From: Squalus acanthias
Taxonomy: Eukaryota
DNA length: 64,000 nt
Direction of reading: 5' to 3'
Assembly (NCBI GenBank): GCA_030390025.1
Contig: CM059432.1
Span: forward strand, 42,224,001-42,288,000
Below are positions 12,140 to 25,280 of the stretch, piece by piece; within the stretch, counting starts at the first letter, position 1; each line of letters starts with the position of its first letter. The notes beneath the pieces were generated by a model, which was not told where the DNA came from, did no database searches, and was given only the letters and a program-made list of their open reading frames with translations. The translations under genes were made by a program, and so were the position numbers.

Positions 12140-14028
12140 GTTGAAAATAAAACTAATGCTTTGATAAAAGATTCTGTAGCAGCAGATCTAGAATACTTAA
12201 GCAGGTGTGTGAAGGAAGTTCAAAGCTGGGTGCCGATTGTTGCTATGAGCTGTGGAATGTACTAGGTTAAAAGCCCATGAAGTGGCGACAGAAGAATGTT
12301 AAAAAAACCTTGTTTTGTGAAACAAGATGGATTAAGGATGAAATGAAATAAGGCACCAGCGTGGCTTTCTATTCAATCAAACCAGACAGAATAGATCTCC
12401 CACTAACAGCACAATGCATCAGTGAACGAACAGCAGCTGAAATGCTGGGGAGAGAGCCAAGTGATAGGCTTGTTTACTGGGTTCATGTGCAACACTCAAT
12501 ATTAGTAAATCACATTATAATTCTGTTTATATTAATTATCCAACAAAGACATTCAACTGAGCACAAGCCTGATTTTAGAACTTCCAGTCTCACAAAAGCA
12601 ATCCTGTGTTGCCGACAAAAGCAACTCCGTATCTTTCATTTCTGTCACGGCAAGGCTTCATTTATCACTCACTGCTAAAAAGAAAAAAAACATGAATGCT
12701 GGAGATCAGGAACAGAAACAAAATCAGGTGGAAATAGATAGCAGAACTGATGGAGAGTTCCATCTAAAATGTTGACCTATCTTTTCTTTCAGATGTTGAT
12801 TGACCTACTGTGTGTTTCCAGCACTTTCTGTTCCTCTATATTTTTTTCACACCAGTATTCTCCATCCCTCTTCTGCATTTCTGATTGCCTGCTGAAGTGT
12901 GGCTCTATGGGCCCAAATTACCCTCTGGCACCTCACCAATCAGCCATTATTCTTATGCGAGTGTCGAGGGGAGATGCAGGTGTGGGGGGGGGGGGGGGGG
13001 CGGGGAGGCGGGTGGTCAATAGAGTTGGGGAGCTCTCCTTTATAGTCAAGTCTGATCCTGTCTTCACTTGACTTCCACACATATGCATTTCCAGCAGGAT
13101 AACTGAATAGCAGTCAGGAGTGGGAATGTTGGTGGTTGTCTTTCCCTAGACTAGGCACCGAGGCCAATAGCAGAACCCCAATCACTACTGCGCCTGAGAT
13201 CAGCTAATTCAGCAAATAAACCCGTTCAAACTTCGGCCAGCTACTCGCTGATTAAACTCAGTAAGCCACCTCTTTTCTGTTTTAATTTTAGATTTCCAAT
13301 GTTAGCAGTTTTTTCTTTTTATCACCATGTTGTTAGATTGAAATACCCTCATGCAGGATATTGTTCTGGTTCACTAATTCTTTGTACAGTCTGTTCATTG
13401 CCTCGTGTTTTAAGACAAATATAAAGGCATGCTGGAAGTTGGTGAGATGGGTCATGTTGAGAGACCTGAATAGCAAGAGATCGATGCGTCTAAAAGACGT
13501 CGATGAAACTTTAGAGCATTAAAAGTTGTTTCTTTTCCAAATTTTGAGTTTAACAAATTCTATTGCTGAAAGTAGAAGTGGCCCAGTCTTTGAATTTACC
13601 ATTGTGCCCAGTGCATTTGTGTGGAGGAGCAGCCAATATGGGTCTGATCTAGCAGCAGTGCATTCTTATGCTGTAAAGGGACCAATGATAATCTGGGAAA
13701 TATTACCACTTTAGTTGTTTATAATGAGTTGCAGTGCCTTAATCCAAACTCAATAGCTGAATCAATTTATACTGCTGGGCAATTTTAAGATGGATTTTTT
13801 TTTTATTCGCTCCAGTGCTAATACTAATCCTGTATGAATACTTCATATTCGAATATTATATGTGCTAATGTCAGCATATCAGTCCAGTGATGTAAGATTG
13901 TTGGTTATAGTAACAATGGGGAGTCATTCCAGGAGTGAACCCAGCATCAGTTTACCCGGCACTCCTTACGAATCAGTCCCTGCATGAAACCTGCTGCCTC
14001 AAGTAGGCTAATTTTATGCCAGAAGTCA

Positions 14029-14200
14029 AATACTGCGGATGCTGGAAATCTGAAATTAAAAAAAAGAAAATGCTGGAAACGCTCAGCAGGTCAGACAGCA
14101 TCTGTGGAGAGGTAAACAGAGTTACGTTTCAGGTCAATGGCCTTTCTGAAAGATCATCAACCTGAAATGTAAATTCTGTTTCTCTCTCCACAGACCTGCT
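14029..14200. mobile_element. PLE family 2 3'-end fold-back remnant, older and diverged
   Basis: The family 2 3' sequence inverts at the hammerhead (…GGCCTTTC|TGAAAGATC…). Confidence 0.7.
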
Positions 14201-14309
14201 GGGGTCGATCTTGAATTTGTGTGACAGTGTAAAACTGGTGATAGCAAATTGGCAGCTCGTTTTACACCACTCCCGTATTACGCTATTGCACAAAGTCAAG
14301 GTCTACCCC
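14201..14309. mobile_element. ~110-bp Harbinger-type mini-MITE (related copy at ~7203-7326)
   Basis: Imperfect TIRs of ~30 bp: GGGGTCGATCTTGA… and …TCAAGGTCTACCCC. Confidence 0.55.
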
Positions 14310-16751
14310 ACTGAATGTTTCCAGCATTTTATAACTTTATGCCAGGACTGATTTGGAGAACAGAAAGTGTGTAGAACACTTTCTACACTACCAACTGGAA
14401 ATTGGATTTCGGCAAGTGCAGGGTCTGTTCCATGCTCCAGATTACTGATAGAAACAAGGTAATGCAGTGAAGCTGCACACGTGAACACTGCAACTCACCA
14501 TTAGCCAGTGTAGGCTCAGTGTAATTAAGAATTAATTAAGAATGTTATAGCTTTTGTTCATCATAATATACAAATGAGGGTGTACAGAAGGAAGCAAAGG
14601 GAAGCACCTTGTACTGTTCTTCTTTCAATACCCTTCAGGTTCATCCCACCAGCTGTCCTGATTTTGACCATCCAGTTCATTTGTTTCTGTTCCTTCTGTA
14701 CTTTTACTGGTTTTGAAGATAATGCTCGAATACGCATATCCAGCAATTCAAGTGTATGTAAGCAGCGAAGGTTGTGAATAAAGCTGGAGGAGACACCAGA
14801 ATGTCCTGCAAGTCTGTCTTTACTGAGCTTTAAGTCTGAAGGGCAGATATGCCCCCTAAAAAACTGAAAAGGACAAATTGCTAAAACTTCTGGAAAACCT
14901 GCTGAAACTTGAAAAATAATATTTTCTGGCTTTGAAAACGAGCCCTGTCATATAAAACCTGAGCCCAAATAAATGTATTACCTTAAAATGAATAATATAT
15001 TAATGGCTGCTTGGTCAGCCTGCCTATTAATCTAAATAAGCAATAAATTTGCCATTCAAAATGTTTTTTAAAAATCCTTAATTTCCCTAAAAAGCATCTG
15101 ATGGGTTGCGAGTCTTAAAAGATTCCCAGAAATGCACTTCTTTAAAGTTGTGGTGTATTGTTTTTCATGTTTCATGTTTTCATATTTCATGTTGCAGTTA
15201 TGCTGCTCATCTAGCATTGACAAAAAGGGATTTTAATTGCTTTGCACTGATACAAGATTTACAGCGTAACTGCAAGTCAATCCTGTCGCATTCACATCTA
15301 TTCTGTGTTTTTGTAGCAAGACGATCTGGAAGAGGTGAGGTTGGAGCTTCCTCTCCCAGCGCTGACCGGGTGCAATATGGGTGCACCGCACCAGATGTGC
15401 GCTGCACGTTGATCTCAGATACAGAGCCTGAACTTCCTATCAGCCATAATTTAAATATTAGGAGGGTGCACTAAGAGAAGAGGAAGTCTAGGCGTATCCT
15501 GGCTCTGGGATCGTTAAAAGGGCAAGCACAGTTTAAAAGCACATAGGAGAGCCAGACGAATATTTTTTTTTACTGATAATGGGGCAGGATTATTATCTAG
15601 AAGTTATGAAGCATAGTAAGCTTTTAAAATAATTTATGAGTTCTAGATGCTGTAAATTGCTTGTCGTGGGTCTTTATGTTTATTTAAAGGTTCCGTCCCA
15701 AGTGGATGAGTTTCTGCTGCTGTGCCCTGGCTGGGATGGAGCAGCACCTTGAACCAGAAGTCCCGATGCCACTACAGCTGACTTGGATGGAGCAGCTCAG
15801 AGGGTGGTCCCATTGTGTCAAGCAGTAGGTGGAGGAACAGGGAAAGCCAGTGCAGGTATGCAGAATGTTGGTGCAGGAATAGGAGGAGGGTGCCGGCTTG
15901 ACTGTGAGACTTCTTTCTTTATTTCAGGTGGCATGGAGCAGTTATACAATCGGGAGAAGGGAGGAGTTTCCTCCTCCGTGGTAGGGAAACAGGTGTTTGT
16001 GTCTCAGGAATGACTTCAGCAGCTGTCAAGTGGACTTGCTGTTGCCTCAGAGTAAGTCATATTGAAAAAGGGCAGGTGGCACAGTACTAACTACAGGCTC
16101 CATCATTGAGTGTAAAATACTAACAACATCCTACAACAAATTAAAAGAAGCAGCAAAACATTTTTTATTCAGAAAGCCACAAAGTGCCTAAATGGCAGCT
16201 CTGGAATCAGTAGCGCCAGGATTTCTGGAAGCAGTTTGCCCCTGAACTGCACCTGGTACTGTTAGAGGAATTGTGAGTGTAAATGTCTCTGACATTCATT
16301 TATGTGAAGTTTACATTCTTGAACCCCCTTCAGGCACAGTCAGGTGCAGACACTAGAAAACCATTGAGTAAGTTTGTGTGCAGTGTTTCTTCGCTCAGGC
16401 CTGGAGTGAAAATGACATTTGGGCCCTGATTACATCATCAGAGCATAATTTGCATATTTTAAGAAGGACCCTGCTGCCTTCTGGCGGTTTTTCCTGTATG
16501 CCTACTAAAAACTGCAAGTTTAAATGGCATCCCGTAGGAAGCAAGCGAAATCGGAGGGGAGAAGTCACTGCCCCAATTTTAATTGCCCACCTGCCTGGTT
16601 TCACCAGGCGGGCAGGGTTAAAACTGAGCTCAGAGTCTCAGTTGAAGCAAGTGAAGATCAGAAAATCAGGCATGGAAATCAGTGTAAAATAACAACAGAA
16701 AACGCTGGAAAAACTCAGCAGGCCAGGCAGCATCCGTGGAGAGAGAAAGAG

Positions 16752-16788
16752 AGTTAACGTTTCAGGTCGATGACCTTTCATCAGAACT
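16752..16788 (-). ncRNA. Minimal hammerhead ribozyme (PLE family 2)
   Basis: AGUU-CUGAUGA-A-AGGUC(AUC)GACCU-GAAACGUU-AACU, with palindromic stem III AACGUU. Confidence 0.85.
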
Positions 16789-17068
16789 GTGAAGAGCCGG
16801 AAATCAAATAGATTTAAGGCCAGAGTAAAGCTGGGAAAAGGGGGAGGGGATAAAAGAACAAAGGGGGAGATGAAGAGACATTAAGAGACATTAAGAGATA
16901 TGCAAGGCTAGAGGTGGTGTTAATGTGACAGATTAAGGCTGAAAGAAGTGTGAAATCCACTGGCAGAATGAAGGACAGCTGCCAGCTTCTAGGAGGAAAA
17001 AAAAGGTGGGGGGGGGGGGCAAATAAAAGGGTGGAAAAAATAAAATATAAATGTGATTGGAGCTGAGG

Positions 17069-18505
17069 TTATGATCTAAAATTGTTGAACTCGATATTGA
17101 GTCCAGAGGGCTGTAGCGTGCCTAAACGAAAGATGAGGTGCTGTTCCTCGAGCTTACGCTGCGCTTCCGTGGAACAGTGTAATAGGCCGAGGACGGTGAG
17201 GTCAGAGTGGGAGTGAAGCGGTGAATTAAAGTGACAGGCCACCGGGAGCTCGGGGTCCCCCTTACGGACTGAACGGAGGTGTTCCGCAAAGCGGTCACCC
17301 AATCTGCGTTTGGTCTCCCCAATGTAGAGGAGACCACATCGTGAGCAGCGAATACAGTATACTAAATTGCAGGAAGTACAAGTAAATCGCTGTTTCACCT
17401 GGAAGGGGTGTTTGGGGCCCTGGACAGTGGGAAGAGGGGAGGTGTAAGGGCATGTGTAGCATCTCCTGCGCGTGCACGGGAAGGTGCCGGGCGAAGGGGA
17501 AGGGGTGCTGGGGGTGGTAGAGGAGTGGACTAGGGTGTCGCGGAGGGAGCGGTCCCTGCGGAATGCTGAAAGGGGAGGTGAGGGGAAGATGTGTTTGGTG
17601 GTGGGATCACGCTGGAGGTGGTGGAAATGGCGGAGGATGATCCGTTGAATGTGGAGGCTGGTGGGGTGAAAGGTGAGGACAAGGGGAACTCTATCGTGGT
17701 TCTGGGAGGGAGGGGCAGGGGTGAGGGCAGAAGTGCGGGAGATAGAACGGACACGGTCGAGGGCCGTGTCGACCACGGTAGAGGGGAATCCTCGGTTGAG
17801 GAAAAAGGAAGACATGTCGGAAGCACTGGTATGGAAGGTGGCATCATCAGAGCAGATGCGGCGGAGACGGAGAAACTGGGAGAATGGAATAGAGTCCTTA
17901 CAGGAGGCGGGGTGGGAGGAAGTGTAGTCCAGGTAGCTGTGGGAGTCGGTGGGCTTGTAGTGAATGTTAGTCAATAACCTATCCCCAGAGATGGAGATGG
18001 AGAAGTCGAGGAAGGGAAGGGAAGAGTCGGAGATGGACCATGTGAAGGTGAGGGAAGGGTGGAAATTGGAAGCATAGTGAATGAAATGTTCTAGTTCAGG
18101 GCAAGAGCAGGAGACGGCACCGATACAGTCATCAATGTACCGGAAAAAGAGGTGAGGGAGGGGACCCGAGTAGGACTGGAACAAAGAGTGTTCCACATAT
18201 CCCACGAAAAGGCAGGCATAGCTAGGACCCATGCGGGTACCCATAGCAACACCTTTAATTTGGAGGAAATGGGTAGAGTCAAAGGAGAAGTTGTTCAATG
18301 TGAGAACAAGTTCAGCCAGGCGGAGGAGGGTGGTGGTGGATGGGGACTGGTTGGGCCTCTGTTCAAGGAAGAAGCGGAGCGCCCTCAGGCCATCCTGGTG
18401 GGGAATGGAGGTGTAGAGGGATTGTACGTCCATAGTGAAGAGGAGACGGTTGGGGCCGGGAAACTGGAAACTGTTAAAATGGCGGAGGGCATCGGAAGAG
18501 TCGCG
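17069..18505 (-). CDS. PLE family 2 reverse transcriptase plus GIY-YIG endonuclease (5'-truncated, no stops)
   Basis: Motifs DVQSLYTSI, QIKGVAMGTRMGPSYA, RYIDD, LPFLD and LVYCIRC…LYIGET…EQHLI…GLN. The frame stays open upstream of the listed ATG to the TSD. Confidence 0.92.
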   Translation of the reverse strand, partial: RDSSDALRHFNSFQFPGPNRLLFTMDVQSLYTSIPHQDGLRALRFFLEQRPNQSPSTTTLLRLAELVLTLNNFSFDSTHFLQIKGVAMGTRMGPSYACLFVGYVEHSLFQSYSGPLPHLFFRYIDDCIGAVSCSCPELEHFIHYASNFHPSLTFTWSISDSSLPFLDFSISISGDRLLTNIHYKPTDSHSYLDYTSSHPASCKDSIPFSQFLRLRRICSDDATFHTSASDMSSFFLNRGFPSTVVDTALDRVRSISRTSALTPAPPSQNHDRVPLVLTFHPTSLHIQRIILRHFHHLQRDPTTKHIFPSPPLSAFRRDRSLRDTLVHSSTTPSTPSPSPGTFPCTRRRCYTCPYTSPLPTVQGPKHPFQVKQRFTCTSCNLVYCIRCSRCGLLYIGETKRRLGDRFAEHLRSVRKGDPELPVACHFNSPLHSHSDLTVLGLLHCSTEAQRKLEEQHLIFRLGTLQPSGLNIEFNNFRS

Positions 18506-19067
18506 GAATCAGTGTGTCTGATTCATGGTGATCCCAGGTTTATGGCCATTAAAATAATTGGCTGCATGATCAAAAGCACAGTGATTTGGATGTATCGACT
18601 TCACCATCATTTTCGATCTGTACTTCCGTAGAAAAAAACCTCCATGCCAATAGCAGAGTCCCACTATTATGGGGCTTAAACGCCCTGTGCTGCTACTCCA
18701 CAGTAATATTTATACTTTATCTTTGTGCTTTTCTTTAAGTTGTGCCACTCCTTCTAGATCTCCAGCAGGTTCTCTGCATCATTCAGAGAACATTCTCTCT
18801 GTCAGTGACACATACTTCACATCTTCTGTGATTTTTTGCAAATGTCCTCCTCCACCAAAAAATGTCATCACATTGTTCCATTATCGAGTTTATCAGCACT
18901 TACAGGGCTTTGACATTAAGTTGGCTTTTCTCATTTGTTAATCAGTCATTTACACCATAAATTGTGCACTTCACAGCTGGATTAACAAACTTTTCAACAT
19001 TTATACTGGTTGAGTGGCTTGTTAACTGTCACTACTGCAGGTGCTTTGAGAATAGCACTTATTTTTC

Positions 19068-19588
19068 CAAAAAGAAAATACTGCAGATGCTGGAAATCTG
19101 AAATAAAAACAGAAAATGCTGGAGATACTCAGCTGGTCAGGCAGCATCTGTGGAGAGAGAAACAGAGTTAACATTTCAGGTCAATGACCTTTCGTCAGAA
19201 CTGGAAAAAAGCAGGAAATGGAACAGATTTTTAAGCAAGTGCAGGGGCTGGGAAATGGGGGAGGGGATGAAAGAACAAAAGGGAAGGTCTGTGATAGGAT
19301 AGAAGGCAGGAGAAGTTAAGAGACATTAAGAGATATTCAAGGCAAAAGGAGATGGTAATGGGACAGGTTAAGAAACAAAGGATGGCTCTAGATGAAATGT
19401 GAATTGCGCTGGCAGAATGAAAGACAGTTGCCATGTGGGAGAGAAGAAAAAAAGACACAGACAAAAAGTGTGGATGAAAAATATATATATGATAGGGGCC
19501 GAGGTTATGATCTGAAATTGTTGAACTCTATGTTGAGTCCAGAAGGCTGTAAAGTGCCTAATCGAAAGATGAGGTGCTGTTCCTCGAG
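19068..19588 (-). mobile_element. PLE family 2 subfamily 3' fragment, with hammerhead at 19166-19202
   Basis: TSD CTTATTTTTC at 19058-19067 and 19589-19598. Contains the ORF end (EEQHLIFRLGTLQPSGLNIEFNNFRS) and the CUGACGA…GAAA core. Confidence 0.85.
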
Positions 19589-19762
19589 CTTATTTTTCGT
19601 TGCTTTTAATAAAATTGCACGTTATACATTTCAAAGCCATAAATTAGTGCAATTTTCTTAGCAGTTGATGAATTCAGGAGAAAGCATACACTTCTCGTAT
19701 TTTTTGTGAGAAGAGGAATGTGAGGTCATGGTTACTAAAGATCTGTGCCAAAGTCAGGTATG

Positions 19763-19963
19763 ATGCGGAGATGCCGGTGTTGGACTGGGGTGGACAAAAG
19801 TGAGAAGTCGCACAACACCAGGTTATAGTCCAACAGTTTTATTTGAAATCACAAGCTTTCGGAGCTGCTGCCCCTTCACCTGACGAAGGGGCAGCAGCTC
19901 CGAAAGCTTGTGATTTCAAATAAAACTGTTGGACTATAACCTGGTGTTGTGCGACTTCTCACT
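19763..19963. mobile_element. PLE family 1 mini fold-back element
   Basis: Perfect 79-bp arms (19799-19877 and 19885-19963) with a 7-nt loop. TSD AAAGTCAGGTATG at 19750-19762 and 19964-19976. Confidence 0.9.
19876..19913 (+). ncRNA. Minimal hammerhead ribozyme (PLE family 1 variant)
   Basis: UCAC-CUGACGA-A-GGGGC(AGCA)GCUCC-GAAAGCUU-GUGA. Confidence 0.82.
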
Positions 19964-21422
19964 AAAGTCAGGTATGTAATTTATACATCCACTAGGTGGA
20001 GCTCTATGATGGTACTAGTGTGCATGGGTATGAGGAACACTGAAGTGGACAGTCCATTACTAGGAGATAATACAGATGATTTTATATTAACTCGTAATGT
20101 TAAACATTCGGATTATTTAAGGAAAAACTCCTGCCTTTTATACGTTCAACAAGATTACTGTGAAAGTTTAAAACTCCTGATTGCTTTAAAAAAAATATTC
20201 TGCTTGTGGTTTATGAGAAAACTATCACTGGTTTACATAGGAAGGAATAAGTTAAAATCTGTTTTTATTGCTTAAGATTCTGAGATTTTTGACAGTGTTT
20301 TTGAGACTGCACTTCAAGCGGTACCATTACGCTGCAAGTGAATCGCCCAGAGCTACACAATTTAATATTTCAGTTTAAGACACCACTACGTCAAACACAG
20401 TATTGTATAATTTGTCCAGTTGGCCATACCAATTTATTGTTACATAATGGCTTAGTGAACTTAGGTATTGTCTGCTTCTGTGTAAATAATGAAATAAGAT
20501 CTGAACCTTCTGTTTATACGTTACACACGGCAAATTTAATTTTAAAAATGTTTCAAGTTGAAATTTTGCACTGGCCTGTTTGATGTTATAGTGCATTTTG
20601 CAACTCAGCTGATCATGCCTTTCCATGCACAGTTTCAAATACTTGCAGTTGAGCATCAAAATTTGTTCTTGCCACTTAATTTAATAAAAAAACAGCAGCA
20701 AAATAAGTTGAATTATTTGTTTCTGGCTTACACGAGAGCATGGTCTGTAGTGGCACAGAACATGAGCCCAACATGCCACAAGATGGTCATATCCACATTT
20801 AGATGACCCTCACGCTGCTTCTTACACCACTGTTGAAGAACAATTGAGTACGGTTATGGAAATCCCAGAAGGACATTCAGGAAGAAAAAAGGAAAGAAAC
20901 TAAAGAGTCTGAAAATCCAGCAGCACACTGGGAGCAAAGAGTGAAAGATTGGGGATAGGGCAGGAGACATCAAGAGCTACGTGGAAGCTAACAGCAGATG
21001 AGGAGAGTAGGGATGGAGTTGGTAGATTGGAAGTCAGGTTGGAGTTGGCAGTAGGATATGAGTCTTCGCCAGGAGTTGGCAGATTGAGTTGGGAGTTAGC
21101 CTGGAGGTGGAAGATTAAAGGTTGGTCTAGAAGGAGTGCAGGTTTCCATGACCTGCTAACAGAAAATTTAAAATTCCGGATGCACAATTCGATTCCGTGA
21201 TTCTGTCCATTTTCCCAAATATCTGTTTAAATTTCCAAGCTTTCAACCCTATTCCAGCAAGGAACCTGAAACAGTCAGACTTCTAAGGTCGCATTCCAGG
21301 ATTCCAACACTGGGTTAAAAGAGTCGATGTGGATAACTAATGTGCAGTTATTAAATCCTGCTCTTCGATGTTTTTTGAATGCTTTGTGAATATGGCAGAT
21401 TTTCAGAACTTAGCAATTGTTG

Positions 21423-21457
21423 CAGTGCTACCTAGTGGTAGAGCATCAATACTGCAG
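21423..21457 (-). promoter_or_regulatory. Candidate CTCF site (core plus upstream motif)
   Basis: Minus strand reads CTGCAGTATTGATGCTCTACCACTAGGTAGCACTG. This gives a core CCACTAGGTAGCAC (consensus CCASYAGRKGGC, 1 mismatch) and an upstream TGCAGT module at typical spacing. Confidence 0.4.
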
Positions 21458-23382
21458 CAGCCGATGTACATATGTTAATTATAGCGACATGGTGTCCTGG
21501 GTGTCCAGTTCGGGCACGTTTGATCTTTTTTATGGTGTCTAATTGGAATCTTCAATCTGATGCTTGGACATAAGACTAAGGTGTTCAGACAGCCAATTTA
21601 CTTCTGAGACAATTATCTGAAAAAAAATCTCATTAAATTGCAATCTTTCTGACAGTGAAGATATATTGATTAGAAATTGTTAACATTTTAATTTTGTGCA
21701 CAAATGCCTTAGTATAATAGTTAAAATAAAACTTAATGAATACATTTCAGATAATGCATATCCAGGAGTATGTTGCTGGGTTAGTAAAGCATTAAGGAGT
21801 TCAGAACACTCTAACATTCAATAGTAGATTATCAATATCATCTAAGCCCCAAAGATGTGTCACTACTTGTAAATATGTTTTTTTTCCATATGATATATAA
21901 GCAAAGTCAGCAGCTAGTTCCCTAATGGCAAGCACCAGTGACTATACCATGTGACTCATACTGCAGTACTATTATACCATGTGACTTACACTGCAGTGAT
22001 GGGGCTTTTATTTTACTGACTGTTATAGGGAAATAACAGAACTTATATATCTTGCATTATTATTTTCTATGTCATTGCTTGTGTGTTATGACGCAAATGA
22101 ATGCATATTATGTTGACTGTACTCAATAGAAGGGACTTGATGCACGCACTCAACTTTCAATTGATGCTTCCCCGTCCAGCAATATTGATTGATATTGGAT
22201 TCTTAGCCTCTTAATAAATTCACTGTTGTTTTCAGGCACATACTTAGCCTTTGAGAACTGAAATGGCATTGTCATTGCCTGTACATGCATTTGATTTTTT
22301 ATCTAACCTCCTTGTAAAAATTATATTCTGAAAATTCTTGATAATGAATATTGGAGAAATGGATATTTCTTCAGTCAAAATATCTGTCTAACCTTTTGAG
22401 TGCTGAGAGTCTTTGATAACTTTCAAAGTGCACACATCTTTTAATTAAACACCTGCAAAGCATTTAATTGATGAATGATATAAATTAAAAAATTAGGTAG
22501 TTGTTGGGCATGATCAGACATTTCCTAATTCATAGAATCTTTAAAATAAACAATAAGATTTTATTTTCATAAGTAACTCTGTTATCTAAAGACTGTTTCT
22601 ACCAAGGCAGCAGAGTAACATGGAACATTACAAACCCAATGCATGGCACTGAGAGTGGTAGAATATAGATAGTTGCACGCATGGCACTTCCCGGTTCTCA
22701 GCCATGCCATCGAGGTAAGATGCACCTTACCAGCCAGCCATGCAAATCTCCTGGGAGAGGCAAAAAAAACCCAGAGAAAAACCCTAGGCTCATTTGAGAA
22801 ATTCCTCTCCAACCCCAAAGGTGATCAATCAAGTTCCAGGACACCACAAAGATTGGGATATGCATCCTCCAATGCCCCACCTACCTTCTATAGGCAGTTA
22901 TGTCAGCCACACTCAAAAACATTTTTGAATGTTTGCAGTGATTCTGCACTCGCTGCACAAGCTAGTAACTTGTTCCATAGGTCAACAATTCTCTGTGAAA
23001 AGAAATGCCTCCTGACATCTAACTGAGTTCTATACTTACGTAACTTATACTCATGTCCACTGGTGCTCCTTAAACGATCAAATAGCCTATCCACATTGAC
23101 CGAATCTAATCCTTGCAATATTTGAAAGACCATAGTCAAATCTCCTTGAAGTCTACACTTTTCTAGAGTAAAAGTTCTCTAAGCCTATCATGGTAACTAA
23201 GGGCTTTTAAAGTAGATATCAATTTCTCCTCTGAACCTTTTCCAGGGTCTATATAAAACCTATCATGTGAGGAGACCAAAATTGGACACATTGTAAATGA
23301 GGCCTGACCAAGGTTTCATACAAAGTTAGTATAATAGTTCTTGTTTTGTATTTAATCTTCCTCACAAAACATCCTAGCACTC

Positions 23383-23498
23383 CATTTCCTGCTTGTTTCC
23401 AGTTCTGACGAAAGGTCTTCGACCTGAAACGTTAACTCTGTTTCTCTCTCCGTGGATGCTGCCTGGTCTGCTGAGTTTTTTCAGCGTTTTCTGTTGTT
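23383..23498 (+). mobile_element. 116-bp PLE family 2 insertion carrying a hammerhead at 23401-23437
   Basis: TSD ATCCTAGCACTC at 23371-23382 and 23499-23510. Hammerhead AGUU-CUGACGA-A-AGGUC(UUC)GACCU-GAAACGUU-AACU. Confidence 0.88.
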
Positions 23499-23937
23499 AT
23501 CCTAGCACTCTATTTGCTTTTGCAATAGCTGTGTGGTTGTGAACCTTCAGAAATTCATGTACTATAACACCTGGGTCTTTCTGCCGCTCAACAGCCATAG
23601 GTTTGTAACCTTGCATGTTGTACACATGCTAGGCGTTAGCCTCATCTATTTGCATAACATTACATTTATCAAATATTAAATGACATCTGCCAGATGTGGG
23701 ACCATTCCCCCATTGCATCTTGATCTGCTTGTAATCTATTTTTCTCATCTAAGGTCCCAACACCTGCACACGTCTATATCATCACAAACCTATAGACAGG
23801 GCCCCAATATCTTCATCCAGATCATTGATAAAGACGGTGAAAGGGAACGGCCCAGACACCAATCCACATGAGTAAGCTGTCCCCATGCAGAACCACCACC
23901 ATTGATAACAACCTTCTGCCTTGTATTCTTCTTTCTT

Positions 23938-24325
23938 ATAGAAACAGAGAACATAGAAAAATAAGAGCAAGAGTAGGCCATTCGGCCCTTCGAGCCTGCT
24001 CCGCCATTCAATATGATCATGGCTGATCCTCTATCTCAATACCATATTCCTGCTTTCTCCCCATACCCCTTGACGCCTTTTGCGTCTAGAAATCTATCTA
24101 TCTCCTTCTTAAATATATTCAGTGACTTGGCCTCCACAGCCTTCTGTGGTAGAGAATTCCACAGGTTCACCACCCTCTGAGTGAAGAAATTTCTCCTCAT
24201 CTCAGTCCTAAATGTCCTACCCCGTATCCTGAGACTGTGACCCCTCGTTCTAGAGCCCCCAGCCAGGGGAAACATCCTCCCTGCATCCAGTCTGTCTAGC
24301 CCTGTCAGAATTTTATACGTTTCAA
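23938..24325 (-). mobile_element. Young CR1 3' fragment
   Basis: Translation ETYKILTGLDRLDAGRMFP…RNFFTQRVVNLWNSLP, followed by a (TTCTATGT)-like tail. Confidence 0.85.
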
Positions 24326-24511
24326 TTAAGAAACCTATTGTGTGGCACTTTGTGAAAGGCTTTTTTAAAATATCAATCAGGCTACCTAAGTCCACCAACC
24401 TAGAAGCTTCCTCAAAAAATTCAACTAGCTTGGTGAGACATGACCTACTTTTCAGAATCTATGTTGAGACTCTCTAATAACCCTTTCTCTGTCAAGGTGG
24501 CAATACATTAT

Positions 24512-25280
24512 GGGGGAGAAATTCATTATAGCCCCTTTTGGGGCACTAAAACTTCGGAAGTGGAAAAATTATCACCAGGCGCTAATGATGAGAGGCTCCC
24601 GCGAAATTCAGTTGTACCGCTCGAAGAGGGAAGTGGCGCGCTAAATCAAGCGCTACCACTTCCCTTAGAGCGCTAAAGGGAGTGAGGGGGCGGTATCGCA
24701 GAGCGCTGATCAATGTTCCGTGCAGCGCTGCCGGATTCGCAGGCTCCTTCCCTCCCTTAAAGGGAAGGGCCAATGCTCACAGCAGTTAAAGGTAAGGCTG
24801 GGGATGGGTCGGTGACGGCACCTGTGATCCGCGAGGAGCAGCCCCAAGCACGCTAAGAGAGTGCACGGCTGATCAATCGCGCCAATGAAATTTTTTTTAA
24901 AAACAGCACAAAGGGGTGAGAAAAATGTTTTGGCCAACCTGACCACCAATCCCTTTAATTACCGCTCCCCAAGTGGCCGGCCGAGGTCACAACACCTCCT
25001 GCAGCTGCCGTTGCTGACGCCCGACGAAGCTGCAGGGGCTGGAAGCGAATTTAGGTTCCGGGGCGGTAACGGGGCATTGTGCGCCGGATGGCGTCGCGAT
25101 CTCCTGGGCGCAGGAGATCGAGGTGGTAAGTTTTACCATTGGCGCTACCCCCCCCCCCCCCCCCCATTGAATTTTGCGGGAGTTGTTTCTTTCGTCGCGC
25201 CCGGTCGGTAAGTTGTTAGCGCCCCATTAGCGCCCCCGGAGGCGATAATGATGGGCGCAAAGGAGGCCAATTTCTAGCCC
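24512..25280. mobile_element. GC-rich Harbinger MITE related to the autonomous element
   Basis: Termini GGGGGAGAAATT…AATTTCTAGCCC. GCGCTAA/TTAGCGC subterminal repeats are shared with 55982-60127. Confidence 0.7.

Larger units (their letters stand above)
16686..18506 (-). mobile_element. Penelope-like element family 2, 5'-truncated and young
   Basis: TSD AATCAGTGT at 16677-16685 and 18507-18515. Open RT-GIY-YIG frame, with a hammerhead in the 3' region. Confidence 0.93.

Noticed and set aside
14561..14777. Short ORFs in non-repeat DNA (also 3-338 and 61469-61681)
   Set aside because: No recognisable domain and no convincing splice pairs; these lengths are expected by chance.
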